A DNA stretch of 64,000 bases from Octopus vulgaris (lineage: Eukaryota). The stretch is taken from assembly GCA_951406725.2 (NCBI GenBank), contig OX597840.1:20460001-20524000 (forward strand). The letters run 5' to 3'. Numbering within the stretch: position 1 is the first letter of the stretch; each line of letters begins with the position of its first letter. Below are positions 60,005 through 64,000 of this stretch, in pieces. A program made the translations under genes and the position numbers. Below the pieces are notes generated by a model. That model was not told the DNA's origin, made no database searches, and saw only the letters and a list, made by a program, of their open reading frames with translations.

Positions 60005-61280
60005 CTTTCTAATAAGCGAGAATTTGCCAGAAGGCCTTCAGGAAAGCGAAGCGACCCACATTACACGACAAAAACAGTGAAGTCTTGGGGTAAGAGTCTG
60101 ATGCTTTGAGGTTACATAAAAAATGATGGTTCAAGAAAGTTGGTTAAAATTGATGGTAACTTGAATAGTGCCGAATACATCCATTGCTGAAGGACAATTT
60201 GATAGCAGACTTGGGTGAAGGTGAGGTTTTTCAGCCTGACGGAACTCCATGCCACAGATCACATCCAACACAACAGAATTTGGCTGACGAAGGTGTTACC
60301 GTATTGAAAGATTGGCCAGCTAAGAGCCCTGGCTTAAATATCATTGAGCAAATGTGAACAGAACTAAAGAGAAGTGGTCGTAGGAGTGGCTGCGTGGTAA
60401 GTAGCTTGTTTACCAGCCACATGGTTCCGGGTTCAGTACCACTGCGTGGCATCTTGGACAAGTGTCTTCTGCTATAGCCTCGGGCCGACCAAAGCCTTGT
60501 GAGTGGATTTGGTAGACGGAAACTGAAAGAAGCCCGTCGTATATATGTATGTATATATATATGTATGTGTGTGTATGTTTGTGTGTTTGTGTTTGTCCCC
60601 CTAGCATTGCTTGACAACCGATGCTGGTGTGTTTATGTCCCCGTTACTTAGCGGTTCAGCAAAAGAAACTGATAGAAAAAGTACTGGGCTTACAAAAGAA
60701 TAAGTCCCGGGGTCGAGTTGCTCGATTAAAGGTGGTGCTCCAGCATGGCCGCAGTCAAATGACTGAAACAAGTAAAAAAAGAAAAAAAAAAGAGAACTAA
60801 GTTTGTCAGAAGAATCCATAGACTCTTGAGTTGTGGGAGCTCAGCCACAGAGAATGGCATCTCATACCTGTGAAGATGGTGAAGAATTTGTACGTATCTC
60901 TTCCCAGGTGCATTGAAGCAATTATTCAAGCTAAGGGAAGCCACACGAAATATGAACAATGTACAGTAACTTTCAGAAAGGAACATTATGTAAAAAAAAT
61001 TTCATTAAAGACAATTTTCTGTTTTAAAACACTGTATCATGATTGCTTTATATGAAGTAGCCGAAAAGTTTTGCATGGCTATTTTTGGTGGTCGTCTCGC
61101 ATCTTCCCCTTTCATTCAGAACCCCTACTGCAAAATATAATGATTAGGTATGGAAATGACCCCAAAAGGGCCAATATTTCATTTGTAAGAAACGCAAGGC
61201 GAAACATCCACTTATAAATTGGCAATTAGTAGAAATTTACAATAGTTTAGAGTGGCCGTAGACTTTTGCAAGGCACTGTG
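60005..61280 (+). mobile_element. Decayed Tc1-like transposon 3' part, interrupted by a SINE (60377-60790)
   Basis: KTVKSWGKSLML*G, LVKIDGNLNSAEY, FQPDGTPCH, WPAKSPGLNIIEQM, SLPRCIEAIIQAKGSHTKY; TIR-like gacttttgcaaggcactg. Confidence 0.8.
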
Positions 61281-61529
61281 TATATGATATATGTATATGC
61301 ATGTATATGTATATATATATGTGTGCGTGTGTGTTTGTGTGTCTGAAAAGAGGTAAAATTTATTCAAAATTGCAGAAAAACGTATGTAAGAGTTGCAACA
61401 GAGAAAGAATAAAGCGAAGAGAAAACTCCAGAAAACAACGAACACACAAAAAAAAATACCAAGATGGTAAAAATATTTTTCCTGTTAAATCAAATAACAT
61501 TGGAAAGAAGCAAAGAAATTTAGCTGACA

Positions 61530-61595
<66 letters not shown>

Positions 61596-61602
61596 CACAC
61601 AC

Positions 61603-61663
<61 letters not shown>

Positions 61664-61694
61664 CATACATATATATATATACATATACATATAC

Positions 61695-61739
<45 letters not shown>

Positions 61740-61809
61740 ACATATACATATACATACACACACACATATGTAATACGTATGTATGTATATGTGTGTGTGT
61801 GTGTATATG

Positions 61810-61871
<62 letters not shown>

Positions 61872-62082
61872 TATGTAATACATATGTATGTATATATGTG
61901 TGTGTGTGTGTGTGTATGTATGGCTTCTGAAGAACAGCAGATGGGCTCCTTTCGTCATAGGTGTTCTCGATGAGAGCTGACCTGTAGCTAAATAATTCCG
62001 GAAATGGCATATATACACATACGTTCGTATACGCATAAATAAATGCATATTTATGCATATACATATATATTTACTTGAACAC

Positions 62083-62128
<46 letters not shown>

Positions 62129-62370
62129 ACACATCCAGACACACACACACATATATATACAAATCAAAGATGTCTGGCAATGTTATCATTGTATTATTTA
62201 AACGCCTGTCTTACTGTCTCTCTGTGTATGTATGTATGTGTCTGTCTGTCTGTCTGTCTTTCTATCTATCTATCTATCTCTGTGTGTCTGTCTGTCTGTC
62301 TGTCTGTCTGTCTTTCTATCTATCTATCTGTCTGTCTGTCTGTCTGTGTCTGTGTCTGGTTGGCTGCTGC

Positions 62371-62444
<74 letters not shown>

Positions 62445-62486
62445 CTCTATCTATCTATCTGTCTGTCTATCTGTCTGTTTGTCTGC

Positions 62487-62524
<38 letters not shown>

Positions 62525-62853
62525 CTATCTCTATAAAATGCATGTCACCGTGGTCGAAACTCCGTACAATGCAATGCATATATCAAAAACCCAGCAACAG
62601 CAACAACAACAACACGAACATCCCTACAGATAGCAATCTAAAAGGTTCCCGTGATTTGAGTGGCGAAACCACACATATAATAGGAAGGAGCATTGACGGA
62701 ATATTCCTGTCAAGACCTCAATAAAATGCAAGACTAACTTACCAGACATAATGATCTTGGACGTGGAAAGATATTGTGCATTGTGGCGGAAATCAGGTAT
62801 CCAGCAGATGTTTATAGGCATGTGTGTATGTACGTATGTATGCATATATATTA

Positions 62854-62956
<103 letters not shown>

Positions 62957-62971
62957 ATATATTATATATAT

Positions 62972-63011
<40 letters not shown>

Positions 63012-63043
63012 TATACATACATATATATATTCACACACACATT

Positions 63044-63093
<50 letters not shown>

Positions 63094-63596
63094 GATGGAT
63101 GAGGATGTTTGCGTGTGTATGTATATAGTGTATACAAACATACACGCACATATCCATGTGTGCGTATGTATATATGTATGTATGTATCTGTATGTATATA
63201 TATATATTTTTTTACGTGTTTCAGTCATTTGACTGCGGCCATGCTGGAGCACCGCCTTTAGTCGAACAAATCGACCCCGGGACTTATTCTTTGTAAGCCC
63301 AGTACTTATTCTATCGGTCTCTTTTGCCGAACCGCTAAGTGACGGGGACGTAAACACACCAGCATCGGTTGTCAAGCAATGCTAGGGGGACAAACACAGA
63401 CACACAAGCACACGCATACATATATATATACATATATACGACAGGCTTCTTTCAGTTTCCGTCTACCAAATCCACTCACAAGGCATTGGTCGGCCCGGGG
63501 CTATAGCAGAAGACACTTGCCCAAGATGCCACGCAGTGGGACTGAACCCAGAACCATGTGGTTGGTTAGCAAGCTACTTACCACACAGCCACTCCT

Positions 63597-63676
<80 letters not shown>

Positions 63677-64000
63677 GTCTATATACCTATATGTATGTAT
63701 ATGCCTTTGTGTGTTTGTACGGCGGGCTTCTTACAGTTTCCGTCTACCAAATCCACTCACAAGGCTTTGGTCGACTTTGCCTTTCATCCTTTCGGGGTCG
63801 ATAAATTAAGGACCAGTCACGCACTGGGGGTCGATGTAATCGACTTAATCCGTCTGTCTGTCCTTGTTTCTCCCCTCTGTGTTTAGCCCTTTGTGGGCAG
63901 TAAAGAAACAGGTAAATATAAACAACAAAACTGACCTCGGCAAGGATTTGAACTCGGAGAGCCAACCTTCGCAACTAATGCTTGGCAGACGGGACATATT

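Noticed and set aside
62743-62821. Possible BMPER 5' exon [26 protein letters not shown](G)|gtaagt
   Set aside because: Good donor, but no hydrophobic signal peptide or convincing acceptor, and I found no first-half VWC1 exon between it and 46714; unresolved without RNA data.

Overview
Eukaryotic, AT-rich, microsatellite-saturated animal DNA. The SINE families and repeat landscape look like an Octopus (coleoid cephalopod) genome; this is my recognition, not a database result. Almost all ORFs in the supplied track are microsatellite or SINE artefacts. The one real protein-coding gene is a minus-strand, multi-exon BMPER/crossveinless-2 orthologue. I assembled 12 exons with GT-AG boundaries and compatible phases from 46714 down to the TAG at 16408 (1875 nt, 624 aa). 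They encode VWC repeats, a GDPH-containing VWD/C8 region and a C-terminal TIL domain; the signal-peptide and first VWC half-exon were not found and probably lie beyond 64000. Within the gene span are two identical initiator tRNA-Met genes in inverted orientation and a duplicated ~360-bp block containing a putative non-coding exon that ends exactly in GCCATG|gt. The window also holds many tRNA-derived SINEs, CR1/L2- and RTE-type LINE ends, and mariner/Tc1, hAT and Helitron relics. The most striking unannotated signal is over a dozen minimal type-I hammerhead ribozyme motifs of the Penelope-like-element kind, ranging from nearly intact to decayed. Some are on the pre-mRNA strand and two form inverted (palindromic) pairs.
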